From Candidatus Iainarchaeum sp. (GTDB lineage: Archaea; Iainarchaeota; Iainarchaeia; Iainarchaeales; JAFCCW01), in the NCBI GenBank assembly GCA_017609985.1, contig JAFCCW010000004.1, positions 23,558-87,557 on the forward strand: DNA of 64,000 bases, written 5' to 3'. Under the pieces are notes generated by a model, which did no database searches, was not told the DNA's origin, and worked only from the letters and a program-made list of their open reading frames with translations. Shown here one piece after another: positions 53,257 to 62,627 of this stretch. Each line of letters starts with the position of its first letter. Positions within the stretch are counted from its first letter, which is position 1. The position numbers were made by a program, and so were the translations under genes.

Positions 53257-54051
53257 TTATATTCCCTCTGCCTTCAAGAATGGGCACTTGTTTTCTTTTG
53301 CCTTTCCATCAAGCACAGCGCGGATAAATTCATTGCAAGAAGCAAACCCGCATTTTCCGCAATTTCTATTGGGGATTCTTGCCTTCAGGCTTTTGCCAAG
53401 CTTGTATCTCTTCAGTGTCTCATCAGAATCAACTGTTTTGTTTCCATAACAATAACCGCAAACAGCAGTAGGCATTGCGTGCTTTAAAGTAATCTTTCCT
53501 CTGATCTCTGGGCTGTTTCTGATTGCCTCGGCGATGTCAATTGCGCCCTCGCCTGTCAAACCATTTGACTCAACAAGCAATGTTCCTTTTTCAGTCACCT
53601 TAACAACTTCTGACCTGAAAATTTCCCTCTCAGCCTGAGAAATTAAATCCCCCTTGGTTAAAGCAACAACATCAGCCTGTGTCAGCAAAGGCCCATAGCT
53701 CGATGGTTTTCCGGATAAAATGTTTAACACGTTTATTGCAAGACCTTCATGTATGTACGGAGAGCACCTTAAGCACAAGCCAGCTGTTTCAAGCAGGATA
53801 AGGTCTTTGTCTTTGTTACTTTCAATGATTTTTGGAATTTCAAGCGCAGCATAATGGTCTGGGCAAACATCTCCTGAAATCTTTTTTTCAGTGCTTATCC
53901 CAAACTTTTCTTTTATCAATATATGGTCTTCAGTGTTCAGAACATCAAATTTGACATAATGAATATTCAAATCTTTAAGTTCCTGAATAATAAACTTTAT
54001 TGCACTAGTTTTTCCGCTTCCGGGCGTACCGCCAACAATAACAAGTTTCAT
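53257..54051 (-). CDS. HypB/UreG-like (G3E) GTPase with C-terminal Fe-S domain
   Basis: Motifs GTPGSGKT, CPDH, ETAGLCLRCSPY, TKGD and CGYC; C-terminal NCGKCGFASC...CP. Confidence 0.85.
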   Translation of the reverse strand: MKLVIVGGTPGSGKTSAIKFIIQELKDLNIHYVKFDVLNTEDHILIKEKFGISTEKKISGDVCPDHYAALEIPKIIESNKDKDLILLETAGLCLRCSPYIHEGLAINVLNILSGKPSSYGPLLTQADVVALTKGDLISQAEREIFRSEVVKVTEKGTLLVESNGLTGEGAIDIAEAIRNSPEIRGKITLKHAMPTAVCGYCYGNKTVDSDETLKRYKLGKSLKARIPNRNCGKCGFASCNEFIRAVLDGKAKENKCPFLKAEGI

Positions 54052-54054
54052 ATC

Positions 54055-54858
54055 CTATGCCTCCATTGGTGTGCAGATAAGCTTTAATTCTTCAATCTGC
54101 TTTCCTTTCCTTACTTCTTCCCTTACATCAAGAATGTAATTATTAATCCAGGAAAGATAGTTTGCAATGCCTCTTTCTTTTATAGAAGTATAAATTATGT
54201 TCTTTATCGCGCCTGACTTCATCACAAGCCTTTTGTCAGTATCCAAAGCAAGAATAGGGTCATGAGTAACCAAAAAAATAATTTTGCCTTTTTTTATCAG
54301 CAAGTCAAGCGCGCTCTTAATTCTTATGCCTGCATTTTCTATTTCATCAATCAAAATAATGGGGGACTCGCTGACATGGGCAAGATCAGAAATCATTAAA
54401 GCCCTTGACTGCCCGCCAGACAATATAAGCAAGTTCATTCCCTTATCAATTTTTTCACCAGTAATAGTGTTAGCATCATCTATTATTTTATCAATAAGCT
54501 GCTCTGTGCTCTTTTTTGACCTGTGTTTTCCCCTTGTTTTAATATGGGATTCAAGAAAATCCTTCACACTAGAATCAGTCATAAAATTCATGTGCTGAGT
54601 AAGATATCCAATTATTTTCTGGGACGGGTCAATCTTAAAATTTTTTCCAACAGGTTTTCCATTAATTAAAATCTTTCTTCCTGTTTTTGTTTCCCCTGAC
54701 GCGATTTTTTCAATATCATACAATAGCTGACTCTTTCCGGAGCCGGTTGGTCCGACAATTCCTGTTTTCTGCCCGGCAAAAATGTCAATGCTTCCAAATT
54801 TCTCCTTGCTTCCATTTTTTCCTTTTCCTGCCAGAATAGAAAGCTTATCAATTTTCAT
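54055..54858 (-). CDS. Soluble ABC-type ATPase
   Basis: Motifs GPTGSGKS, LSGGQ, ILIDEIENAG and THDP; no adjacent permease. Confidence 0.88.
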   Translation of the reverse strand: MKIDKLSILAGKGKNGSKEKFGSIDIFAGQKTGIVGPTGSGKSQLLYDIEKIASGETKTGRKILINGKPVGKNFKIDPSQKIIGYLTQHMNFMTDSSVKDFLESHIKTRGKHRSKKSTEQLIDKIIDDANTITGEKIDKGMNLLILSGGQSRALMISDLAHVSESPIILIDEIENAGIRIKSALDLLIKKGKIIFLVTHDPILALDTDKRLVMKSGAIKNIIYTSIKERGIANYLSWINNYILDVREEVRKGKQIEELKLICTPMEA

Positions 54859-54938
54859 AAAATCACCGTCCTACAATTAATCCCTTAATCCCCAATTTAT
54901 GTCTAATACGGGCTGATACTGTATCTTCTGTTTTGCAT

Positions 54939-55340
54939 CTATTGCAGGTTCTTGTCCAGCCACTGTTTAACCGCCGGCTCGGGCAATGCTCCTACAAATT
55001 CGTCAACAACCTGGCCATTCTTGAACATTTTTACTGCTGGGATTCCTGAAATTCCGTGCCTGCTGCTTGTAACCGGGTTTTCATCAACGTTAAGTTTTGC
55101 CAGAACAAACTTTCCCTGAAATTCTTTTGCGAACTTTTCAAGGCTTGGCCCAAGCATTAAACAAGGAGTGCACCAGGTAGCCCAAAAATCAACAGCGACA
55201 GGCACTGTTTTTGATTTTTCCAATACCTCTTCTTCAAAATTGCTGTCATTAACTTGAATTTCTGTTTTAATCCTGCTTGTTTCAAGTTTTTTTTTCATTT
55301 CTTTCAGTTTTTTTTCTTTGATATCCTCAGCTTCGTTCAT
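54939..55340 (-). CDS. trxA: Thioredoxin
   Basis: Motifs DFWATWCTPC, NVDENP, GIP and GALP. Confidence 0.93.
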   Translation of the reverse strand: MNEAEDIKEKKLKEMKKKLETSRIKTEIQVNDSNFEEEVLEKSKTVPVAVDFWATWCTPCLMLGPSLEKFAKEFQGKFVLAKLNVDENPVTSSRHGISGIPAVKMFKNGQVVDEFVGALPEPAVKQWLDKNLQ

Positions 55341-55417
55341 AAAATCACTCCTCAGTAGTGATTAATTACGCCACTACCTGGTTAAATAGATTTCTAACTT
55401 GTGGCTTGCAAGCATGC

Positions 55418-55445
55418 AAAAAATCACACCCGTTTGTGATTTTTT
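55418..55445. promoter_or_regulatory. 11-bp inverted repeat (operator or terminator hairpin)
   Basis: AAAAAATCACA-cccgtt-TGTGATTTTTT. Confidence 0.45.
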
Positions 55446-55546
55446 TACCCCTACTCAAGTTTCTGTGTTCAAATAGGATTTGTGAAGAAGGATTTGTGAA
55501 GATTTGTACTTTTGCAAAAACAAGAAGTTTATACTAAAATGCAATG

Positions 55547-55723
55547 TCAGTCAATTGTTTCAATAGTAAATTTTACTTTTTTTCTCATGCCAATCTCAGG
55601 CACAAACAAGGAAAGAAAATCACCAATATCCGCCCCATCACCCTCACACCCAAGATGATTAAAGTCTTTATTGCCCATTTTCTCAATCCTGTTGAACAAA
55701 TAACCTGTTGTTGTTTTTTTCAT
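55547..55723 (-). CDS. 58-aa hypothetical protein (absent from ORF track)
   Basis: MKKTTTGYLFNRIEKMGNKDFNHLGCEGDGADIGDFLSLFVPEIGMRKKVKFTIETID*, with a GAGGTG SD and an upstream TTTTATATA box. Confidence 0.65.
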   Translation of the reverse strand: MKKTTTGYLFNRIEKMGNKDFNHLGCEGDGADIGDFLSLFVPEIGMRKKVKFTIETID

Positions 55724-55808
55724 CCCAACACCTCAACTAATAACTGTATCTAAAGATTATATAAAATAAGTTGTAATAGTTTTTTTTAGTTTTTTTTCCA
55801 AACAGGAG

Positions 55809-56936
55809 TCAGGTACAGAAATTTTCAATACGCATTTGACTTTCCCTGTCCAGCTGAACAAACGGCAATGCCTGTTTCACAATCACTCCGCAGGCCTTCA
55901 ATTGTCTTGTCTCTTTTATCCTGCTCTGCTCTCTTGCTTTCATAAGCCTGTCAGCTCCAACAGGACCTATACCCGGAACTCTCAACAACTCTTCTCTTCC
56001 TGCACTGTTCACATCCACTGGAAACTTTTCCGGCATTCCACTTGCCACTGCTATTTTCACATCTCTCTGAAGCGAAAGATTTCCTTTTTCATTCAAAGCA
56101 TTCTTCACTTCCTTTAATTCAAATCCATAAACCCTCATTAACCAGTCTGACTGGTAAAGCCTGTGTTCTCTTATTTTCCTTTCGCCTTCCATTTCTTCCA
56201 GCGCGGTTCCCTTTACCGGCTCAAAAGCAGAAAAATAAGTTCTCCACAGCTGCGTCTTGCCATATAACTCACTCATCTTTCCAAGTATCTCCAAATCGCT
56301 TTCTCCTCCTGCTCCAAGAATAAACTGGGTTGTAAAACTTTTCATCAAATTTTTTCCTCTAAGCTTGTCAATCCATCTAAGCCTTTTTTCTAAATCTCGC
56401 CTATAATCCTTTGTGCTTCCAAGCTCTGAAAACCTTGTCTTGTCCGGTGCCTCAAGATTCAGAGAAACTCTGTTAGCCAGCTCCGACATCTCCTCTATTT
56501 GGCTCTTTGGCATTGTTGGAAGAATTTTCAGATGAACATACCCTCTGAATCCATACTTTTTCCGAACAAGCCTTGCGCTCTCAATCATGTTTTCTCCTGC
56601 TTTTTTCACTCCACCGCCAACACCCGAGCTCAAAAATAAACCGGTTACATATCCCTGCCTGACAAGTGACATAAACGAGCCTGCTAACTCTTTCGGTTCA
56701 AGACTCTGCTTTCTCTGAGAACAAGTTGAATTCACACAATATCTGCAGTCGTGCTCGCACGTGTTTGTCTGAAGCACTTTCATTAATCTGCATTTTTCTG
56801 ATGATGCAGAACAGTCGTGCACAAAAGAGGAATAATTCGGTGGGATGCCTGATTTTCGTACACTTTTTTGTGTTACCCCCCCACAAGAATCCCAGCTTGC
56901 TGCTGTGCCAAGTCTCTGAAGTTTTTCGATAAGCAT
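55809..56936 (-). CDS. Radical SAM protein with C-terminal HhH (putative DNA modification/repair type)
   Basis: Motifs CEHDCRYC, GLFLSSG, GYVHLKI, REHRLYQSDWL and LLRVPGIG. Confidence 0.9.
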   Translation of the reverse strand: MLIEKLQRLGTAASWDSCGGVTQKSVRKSGIPPNYSSFVHDCSASSEKCRLMKVLQTNTCEHDCRYCVNSTCSQRKQSLEPKELAGSFMSLVRQGYVTGLFLSSGVGGGVKKAGENMIESARLVRKKYGFRGYVHLKILPTMPKSQIEEMSELANRVSLNLEAPDKTRFSELGSTKDYRRDLEKRLRWIDKLRGKNLMKSFTTQFILGAGGESDLEILGKMSELYGKTQLWRTYFSAFEPVKGTALEEMEGERKIREHRLYQSDWLMRVYGFELKEVKNALNEKGNLSLQRDVKIAVASGMPEKFPVDVNSAGREELLRVPGIGPVGADRLMKAREQSRIKETRQLKACGVIVKQALPFVQLDRESQMRIENFCT

Positions 56937-56993
56937 CTATAAATTGCTCTTTTCAGGCTTTTAATCAACACGATGCCCTGTCTTTCCGGTGAA

Positions 56994-57461
56994 CTATTTT
57001 TTCACTTTTATTTTCATCAACTTGACTGCAACAATGAAAATAATGCCAGCAATTATCAGAAAAGAAATAAGCTCGTTTACAAATGCTCCGATTTTTACTT
57101 CTGCTCCAAAAAAAATCCACACAATTTCTTCAAGCGAACCCTGAGGAATAAAAATTCCTAGAAGCGGAGAAATAACATCCTTTACAAGCGAATTCACAAC
57201 ATCTTTTGAAGCGCCGCCAATTATGAAACCGATTGCAAGCGAAATAAAATTGAATTCATTCACAAATTCTTTAAATTCATCAGCCAGTCCCCTGACTTCT
57301 TCAACAGGCTTTGTTTCAAAAACCTTCTGAAAATCTGAAACAGGAACATATCTCACAATTTCCTGCACTGCTTTCTGGCCTGTTGTCTTCTTTATCTCTC
57401 CTTTCTGTTCTCTTATCACAACAGCTTCTCGTACAACATCCCCTTTTTCTTTTTTGCTCAT
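56994..57461 (-). CDS. mscL: Large-conductance mechanosensitive channel (MscL family)
   Basis: Motifs EFKEF...N.I.LAIGFIIG, VNSLVKD.I.P and GAF...LI.FLI. Confidence 0.85.
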   Translation of the reverse strand: MSKKEKGDVVREAVVIREQKGEIKKTTGQKAVQEIVRYVPVSDFQKVFETKPVEEVRGLADEFKEFVNEFNFISLAIGFIIGGASKDVVNSLVKDVISPLLGIFIPQGSLEEIVWIFFGAEVKIGAFVNELISFLIIAGIIFIVAVKLMKIKVKK

Positions 57462-58676
57462 AAAAGCCCTCCAAACAATCCAAACATTTCCTCAAGCAAA
57501 AGCACATCAAGCACTGCAAGAACAATCACAAGAATTATGCCAATAATATTTTTCCACAAGCTGTTCACATTTTTTCCCATTACTTTTTTGTCATTGCATA
57601 GCACGAGCAAAATTATAACGAGCAATGGGAGCAGGAAACCATCAAGCACCTGTGTATAGAAAAGAAATTCAATCGGATTAATTGGCAAAAAAGCAAGAGC
57701 TCCCCCAATAAGCAAGGACAACGCAAACACTATGCAAAATCCTCTAGCGTGTGCTATTGCATTATCCATTCCCTCTTTCCAGCCAAATGTCTCAGCAACA
57801 ACAAAAGCTGTTGAACCAGCAAGAACAGGCAGAGCAAGAAAAGAGCAAGAAAACCGGAAAAAATTACTCCCAACGCAAACAATAATACTGCAAAGTCTCC
57901 GGCAAGTGGCTGTAGCGCAAGAGCAGCCTGCTCAGCTGTTTCAACCCCGATTCCCGTGGCAAACAAAGTGGAACCAGCAGCAATTATGATAAATATTGCA
58001 ATAATATTTGACCAAATCATTCCAGCCGCAGTGTCAAGCTCTAAATCTTTTGGTCTCATAATGCTCTTGTGTCAACCGCAATTATGAGAAAGCCCATGTT
58101 TGAGAAAGCAGGAATAAGTCCTTTGCCAACTTCAATCCAGTTCGGGTTTGCAAGAATAGCTGAAAAAATGTAAACAACCAAAAGCATTGTCAAAATAATA
58201 AGCACTTTTCTCACAGTCTTGTACTGCTTGAATAAAACAAGATATGAAACACCGAGGGCAACTGGAATAATAAACCATAACCAGTTTATTCCAGTAATCA
58301 ATCCCAAAACAGCAGCAATGCCTGCAAGATCTGCTCCAATTGTAGCAATATTTGCTATCACAAGCACAGTCATTATAATTCCTGCAATCCCTGTGCCATA
58401 ATGTTCTTTGATTATGCTGTTCAAACCCTTTTGTTTTACAAGCGCAATCCTTCCAGCCATTTCCTGAACAACAATCATAAAAGGAGTGATTAATACCATT
58501 AGCCATATAAGCGAAAAGCCAGTCTTTGCTCCAGCAGTAGTGTAAGTAATAATTCCAGCAGGGTCGTTGTCTGCTCCGCCAGTAATTATCCCTGGGCCAA
58601 TTCTTTCTCCAATTTTTTCAACTTCTTCTTCAACAAGTTTTTCCTCTTTTTTCAGAAACTTAAAAAATCCAGGCAT
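57458..58676 (-). pseudogene. NRAMP-family divalent metal transporter broken into three ORFs
   Basis: GPG..GADNDPAG and QEM..R motifs. An 11-bp duplication at 57831-57852 and a frame-breaking lesion near 58070 interrupt the frame. Confidence 0.85.
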
Positions 58677-58694
58677 CTTAACCTAAAGGCAATC

Positions 58695-58714
58695 TGCAAA
58701 TAAAAACATTTGCA
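58695..58714. promoter_or_regulatory. Inverted repeat over the promoter of the NRAMP gene
   Basis: TGCAAAT-aaaaac-ATTTGCA. Confidence 0.35.
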
Positions 58715-58750
58715 ATAAAAAAAGAAAAAGGAAAAACCTGCAAAAGCAGG
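58715..58750 (-). terminator. Hairpin plus U tract after cbiM
   Basis: CCTGC-TTTT-GCAGG followed by a long U-rich run on the minus strand. Confidence 0.45.
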
Positions 58751-58770
58751 CATTTTGTGTTTTTATGATT

Positions 58771-59649
58771 TTAGCTGTTCAGCTTTTGCCTTGAAAAGAA
58801 AACTGCTGTTGTAGCAAGTCCAACAAGAACAACTCCAACAAGCCCTGCCAGACCTGTTGCCACTGCGCTCTCACCCATTCCAGGGAACAGGTAATCAGCC
58901 ATTGCTGTTAAAGGAGTCATTGACTCTACAGCAAGATTGTCAAACTCTAGCTGTTCAGCTGTTGCTTCCAATCCATCAGGAAGCGCAGAAGCAAAAGGGC
59001 TCAAGAAAACACCAAAAACAAGCGCTACAAAAGCAATTTTTGCTGGTGAAACACTTATTGACGGCAATCTGTTTTCAGCAAAAGCCCAAGCCACAGTCGA
59101 AATAACTGCTTCTCCTAATCCAATTACCAAGTGCACTGAAACCATTGCAACAAGCACTCCTGTGAACTCAACAGCTCCAGACAACGCAAGCTGTACTGAA
59201 GCAACAACTGATGCTGCGATTACAGAAAGCAATGCTCCGGAAAAAACAGTTGGATAACCTTTTCCAAAACATTTTTTTGCAACTACTCCTCCAAGCGGGG
59301 CAACAATTGCCATATTGAACATGTTTGCTCCCAATGCAAGCACTCCACCGTCATGAAATACAAAAGCTTGCACAAACAGGATAGTAGCCATAATAACCAC
59401 TGCAGGACTGAAACCAAGAAGCAAAGCAAGCAAAGCTCCGCCAATCAAGTGCCCTGACGTGCCGCCTAAAACAGGAAAGTTAAGCATCTGCGCGGCAAAA
59501 ACAAATCCTGCAAGAGCAGCAAACAATGGAATTTTTTTTAGGGAAACATGTTTTCCCATATTTTTAAACGAGAGCCCGACTACTACAAGGGATGCGACCC
59601 AGAAAAACAATGCAAGCTCCAAAGACAAAAACCCATCAGGAATATGCAA
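58771..59649 (-). CDS. cbiM: ECF S component CbiM/NikM fused to a PDGLE domain (Co/Ni uptake)
   Basis: N-terminal MHIPDG plus FAAQM.N, GTSGH and PDGLE. Confidence 0.9.
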   Translation of the reverse strand: MHIPDGFLSLELALFFWVASLVVVGLSFKNMGKHVSLKKIPLFAALAGFVFAAQMLNFPVLGGTSGHLIGGALLALLLGFSPAVVIMATILFVQAFVFHDGGVLALGANMFNMAIVAPLGGVVAKKCFGKGYPTVFSGALLSVIAASVVASVQLALSGAVEFTGVLVAMVSVHLVIGLGEAVISTVAWAFAENRLPSISVSPAKIAFVALVFGVFLSPFASALPDGLEATAEQLEFDNLAVESMTPLTAMADYLFPGMGESAVATGLAGLVGVVLVGLATTAVFFSRQKLNS

Positions 59650-59799
59650 ATTAAATCACCTCAAACAAGCATATGTGAGAAAACAATAAAAGTCTTTGCT
59701 GAAAAACGACTGTTTTGAAAAATTTATCTAAAAGCAAAATTGAGAGCTGAGATTGAAAAAGAAAAAATAAAAAAAAGAAAAAGAGAAGGAATATTTCCT

Positions 59800-60459
59800 T
59801 CATTCTTCAGGAATTGTTACTTCCACACCCTCGCCTGGAATAACAATCGTGCTGTCTCCGCTAACTTCTGGCGGAATCATGTCTTCGTCTGCAACAGTTC
59901 TGCTGAATTCTATTGCTTCAGTCACAGTGTCATTTAACTCGTTTGTCATTCTGCTGTACAGCAGAATTCCATCAGATGAAAAACAATATTCCCCTGACAA
60001 TGGTTCCTCTCCCGTAACCTCTATGCCGTAACAGCTTGCCTGTTCTCCAAGAATTGTTTTGGAAGCAAGATTTGTAAGGCCAGCAGGCATTTCCTCGGGG
60101 TTAATCAAAGGATGCCCTGTAGTTGGTGGGGCAGTCTTCATTTCTGAGTCGGAATAGCTTGTGTCCATTCTATAATTTTCTCCCTTCACATACATTGTGA
60201 ATTCTCCGTCTGCTTCCGGACTCACACTGTTTGTTGTGGAATAAGTTATTTTAAATTCTGAAAGACCGGTTCCAAAGTCTGGCAGTAATCCTTCTTCCCC
60301 ATCTCCTGTGCCTTGCCCTTCACTTCCTGTTTTATCTCCAGCGTCTGCTTGCTGGTCTCCTTCATCTGCCTGATTGCCCTGCTGGTCTTGAGCCTGTGGA
60401 GTTACACAGCCTGCAAAAAGCAAAAGCAAAACAAGTGAAATCATAAAAAATTTCTTCAT
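59800..60459 (-). CDS. Putative lipoprotein
   Basis: Lipobox LFAGC and an acidic linker. Confidence 0.7.
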   Translation of the reverse strand: MKKFFMISLVLLLLFAGCVTPQAQDQQGNQADEGDQQADAGDKTGSEGQGTGDGEEGLLPDFGTGLSEFKITYSTTNSVSPEADGEFTMYVKGENYRMDTSYSDSEMKTAPPTTGHPLINPEEMPAGLTNLASKTILGEQASCYGIEVTGEEPLSGEYCFSSDGILLYSRMTNELNDTVTEAIEFSRTVADEDMIPPEVSGDSTIVIPGEGVEVTIPEE

Positions 60460-60537
60460 TTTTACACCTCCAAGTGAAATATTTTTTGCTTATGTTCTAA
60501 TCATGAATTTTATTTTTGATTATACAAAGACCATAAT

Positions 60538-60780
60538 CTATTTAATTGCCAGTGCTTTTTTTTCCTTTCTTGAAAACTTTTTTATTTCTGCTTCTCGCTT
60601 CATCGCACTGCTTCTAGTTTCTCTTTCTTCAGAGTAAACAAGTCTCACCGGTCTTCTTGCTCTTGTATACTTGCTTCCTCTTCCGCTGTTGTGTTCTTCA
60701 ATGCGCCTGTTCAAATCAGAAGTATAACCGCAGTAATAGCTCTTGTCAGAACACTCCAAAAGATAGACCTGAAAAGGCAT
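60538..60780 (-). CDS. GIY-YIG nuclease family protein (YhbQ/YazA-like)
   Basis: Motifs VYLLEC...YCGYT..L.RR..EH, KYTR.RRP and AMKRE..IK. Confidence 0.92.
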   Translation of the reverse strand: MPFQVYLLECSDKSYYCGYTSDLNRRIEEHNSGRGSKYTRARRPVRLVYSEERETRSSAMKREAEIKKFSRKEKKALAIK

Positions 60781-60842
60781 GCATTAAAAGATGAAACAGA
60801 AGTATAAAAATAATTGGATTTTTTAAAAAAAATTAATATCTA

Positions 60843-61562
60843 TTATTCAAGATTTTTAATCACGATGTCAGCATAATGCAGAGCATCATCGATTGTAACA
60901 TTGCCTCCGTACATTCCCCCAACCAATATGGTGTGAATGATATTATTTGTCCTGAATGAAATAGTTGAATAAGCATAAACTTCTCCTTCTGTTTCTCCAT
61001 CCAGTTCAAACCTATAGGCAATGCTTTCAGTTCCTTTTGTTGGAGCTGACAGAATAGTAAATCCATCACTATTTTTTATTGTCTGTTTCCAGTCAGCAAA
61101 TGCTTCCTTTGCACCCTCACTGCTGTTATAAAGACTTACCTCGTGCTTTACAACAAGGTCTTCAAGCAAAACGCTTGCGCTTTCTTCTCTTTGAAAAAGA
61201 ACCTGATACAATTCAGTCCAGCCCAGTTCAATTGCTTTGTTCTTTTTCTCTTCTGATTCAAAAGCATCTTCTTCTTTTAAGTATCCTGTAGATTCTTTTA
61301 CCTCAAAATAACCTGATTCCAAGTCGTCCAATGAAAGAGCATAGTTTTCTGCAGGGCTTTCAAGCAATGTTTCTGCAGGAGTCGTGTCAACAAAGTCGGT
61401 TTCTTTTATATTGCCTGGATTTTCATTTACTGCTGTCTGCAAATTTTCGTTTTCAGAATCCTGCGAAACTATTGCTGATTCACTATTTTCCTGTTCCGCA
61501 CATCCAGCTAAAAGAATTCCCAAAAAAACAAATGCTGTGATTAAGCAGGAAGTTTTATTCAT
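60843..61562 (-). CDS. Putative lipoprotein
   Basis: Lipobox LLAGC; acidic sequence. Confidence 0.7.
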   Translation of the reverse strand: MNKTSCLITAFVFLGILLAGCAEQENSESAIVSQDSENENLQTAVNENPGNIKETDFVDTTPAETLLESPAENYALSLDDLESGYFEVKESTGYLKEEDAFESEEKKNKAIELGWTELYQVLFQREESASVLLEDLVVKHEVSLYNSSEGAKEAFADWKQTIKNSDGFTILSAPTKGTESIAYRFELDGETEGEVYAYSTISFRTNNIIHTILVGGMYGGNVTIDDALHYADIVIKNLE

Positions 61563-61593
61563 GTTAATAACTGTAGCTAACAGGCATATAAGC

Positions 61594-62541
61594 TTATTTC
61601 AGGCACGCTGAGTCCAGTTTTGAAACAATCTTTGAAATTTTTCCGCTTCCAATAATCCTCGGCTTTGCGTTCAAGTCAATCAGTAAAATCCTGTTTCCTT
61701 CTCGAACAGCAATGTTTTTTCCTGCTTCAATCACAAACGGCTTCACAGACTTTATCCTGCATCCAACTACCTGCATTCTGCACTGCAAGTGAACACTGTC
61801 ACCAGCGCTAATTTCTTTTTTGCAAAAATTGTTTTTTTCAAAATCAATCTCTATTTCGTTTGCTTCAGAAATTTCTTCATCGTCTGTTAAAAGAAGTCCT
61901 CTGTAAAAATCATCTGCTTCAAATCCCTTGATTGACAAGCCAACGCGTTCATTAAATTCAGCTTCCTTAAAATGCTTGTCCTGTTTCTGAATTGTTTTCA
62001 CAAGAATCTCTGCTTCTTTTGGCAAAATTTTCATCTTTTGAAACTGTTCTATATTTCCCTGCTTTACAAACCCAAGAGCAACAGTTCCAACCCCCTTCAC
62101 ATTAAACATTGCGTCAAGGTCAACAATTGTTTTTCCTTCAATTGGCTCAATCTGGACTAAGGAGATTTTTTCAAGAATTTCTTCCTTTTCAATTTTTTCA
62201 AAATCCGTTACGCAGCTCTTCTCTGAAACTTTCCAAAACAATTCCTCGTCAGCGCCTTCATCAAAAACCACAAAACCAGTTTTCAATCCAAGTGCATCAA
62301 TAGCAATAATTGCTTCTCCAAGCGCAGAGTCAATTTCTTTCACATAGAGTAAAACACAGTTTGAAAGATGCAGTGCCTGAAGCAAGGGGCCAGGTTTTTC
62401 CGGAAAACCAGCAGGGCAAACAAAAGTTAACAGATTTTCATCAAACTTTCTGTGATAAAACTCAAGATCTGACTCGCCCTCTCTCTTCCCAAGTTCTCTT
62501 GCAAGCTCTCTGTCAAAAACAGTGCAGATAATCTGAGTCAT
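61594..62541 (-). CDS. Archaeal SelB-like (aSelBL) EF-Tu-fold protein with degenerate G domain
   Basis: LGKR.G.SD and LGE.II.ID motifs, EF-Tu domain II motif FNVKGVGTVALG and RVGLSIKG; no P-loop. Confidence 0.8.
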   Translation of the reverse strand: MTQIICTVFDRELARELGKREGESDLEFYHRKFDENLLTFVCPAGFPEKPGPLLQALHLSNCVLLYVKEIDSALGEAIIAIDALGLKTGFVVFDEGADEELFWKVSEKSCVTDFEKIEKEEILEKISLVQIEPIEGKTIVDLDAMFNVKGVGTVALGFVKQGNIEQFQKMKILPKEAEILVKTIQKQDKHFKEAEFNERVGLSIKGFEADDFYRGLLLTDDEEISEANEIEIDFEKNNFCKKEISAGDSVHLQCRMQVVGCRIKSVKPFVIEAGKNIAVREGNRILLIDLNAKPRIIGSGKISKIVSKLDSACLK

Positions 62542-62627
62542 ACAAAATTCTGCAGACAAGCATTATAAAAACAAAACATGCTGGCTCTGCCTGCTGAAAA
62601 TAGCTTGTTTAATCAACGATCAGAAAA

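Noticed and set aside
54893-54938. Tiny ORF MQNRRYSISPY* after trxA
   Set aside because: No SD, no amino-acid enrichment and no associated structure.
60538-60780. Homing endonuclease or mobile element
   Set aside because: It is an 80-aa stand-alone YhbQ/YazA-type GIY-YIG protein with no intron or intein context.
61594-62541. True SelB or a selenocysteine system
   Set aside because: It lacks G motifs and domain IV, and no redox gene here has an in-frame UGA.
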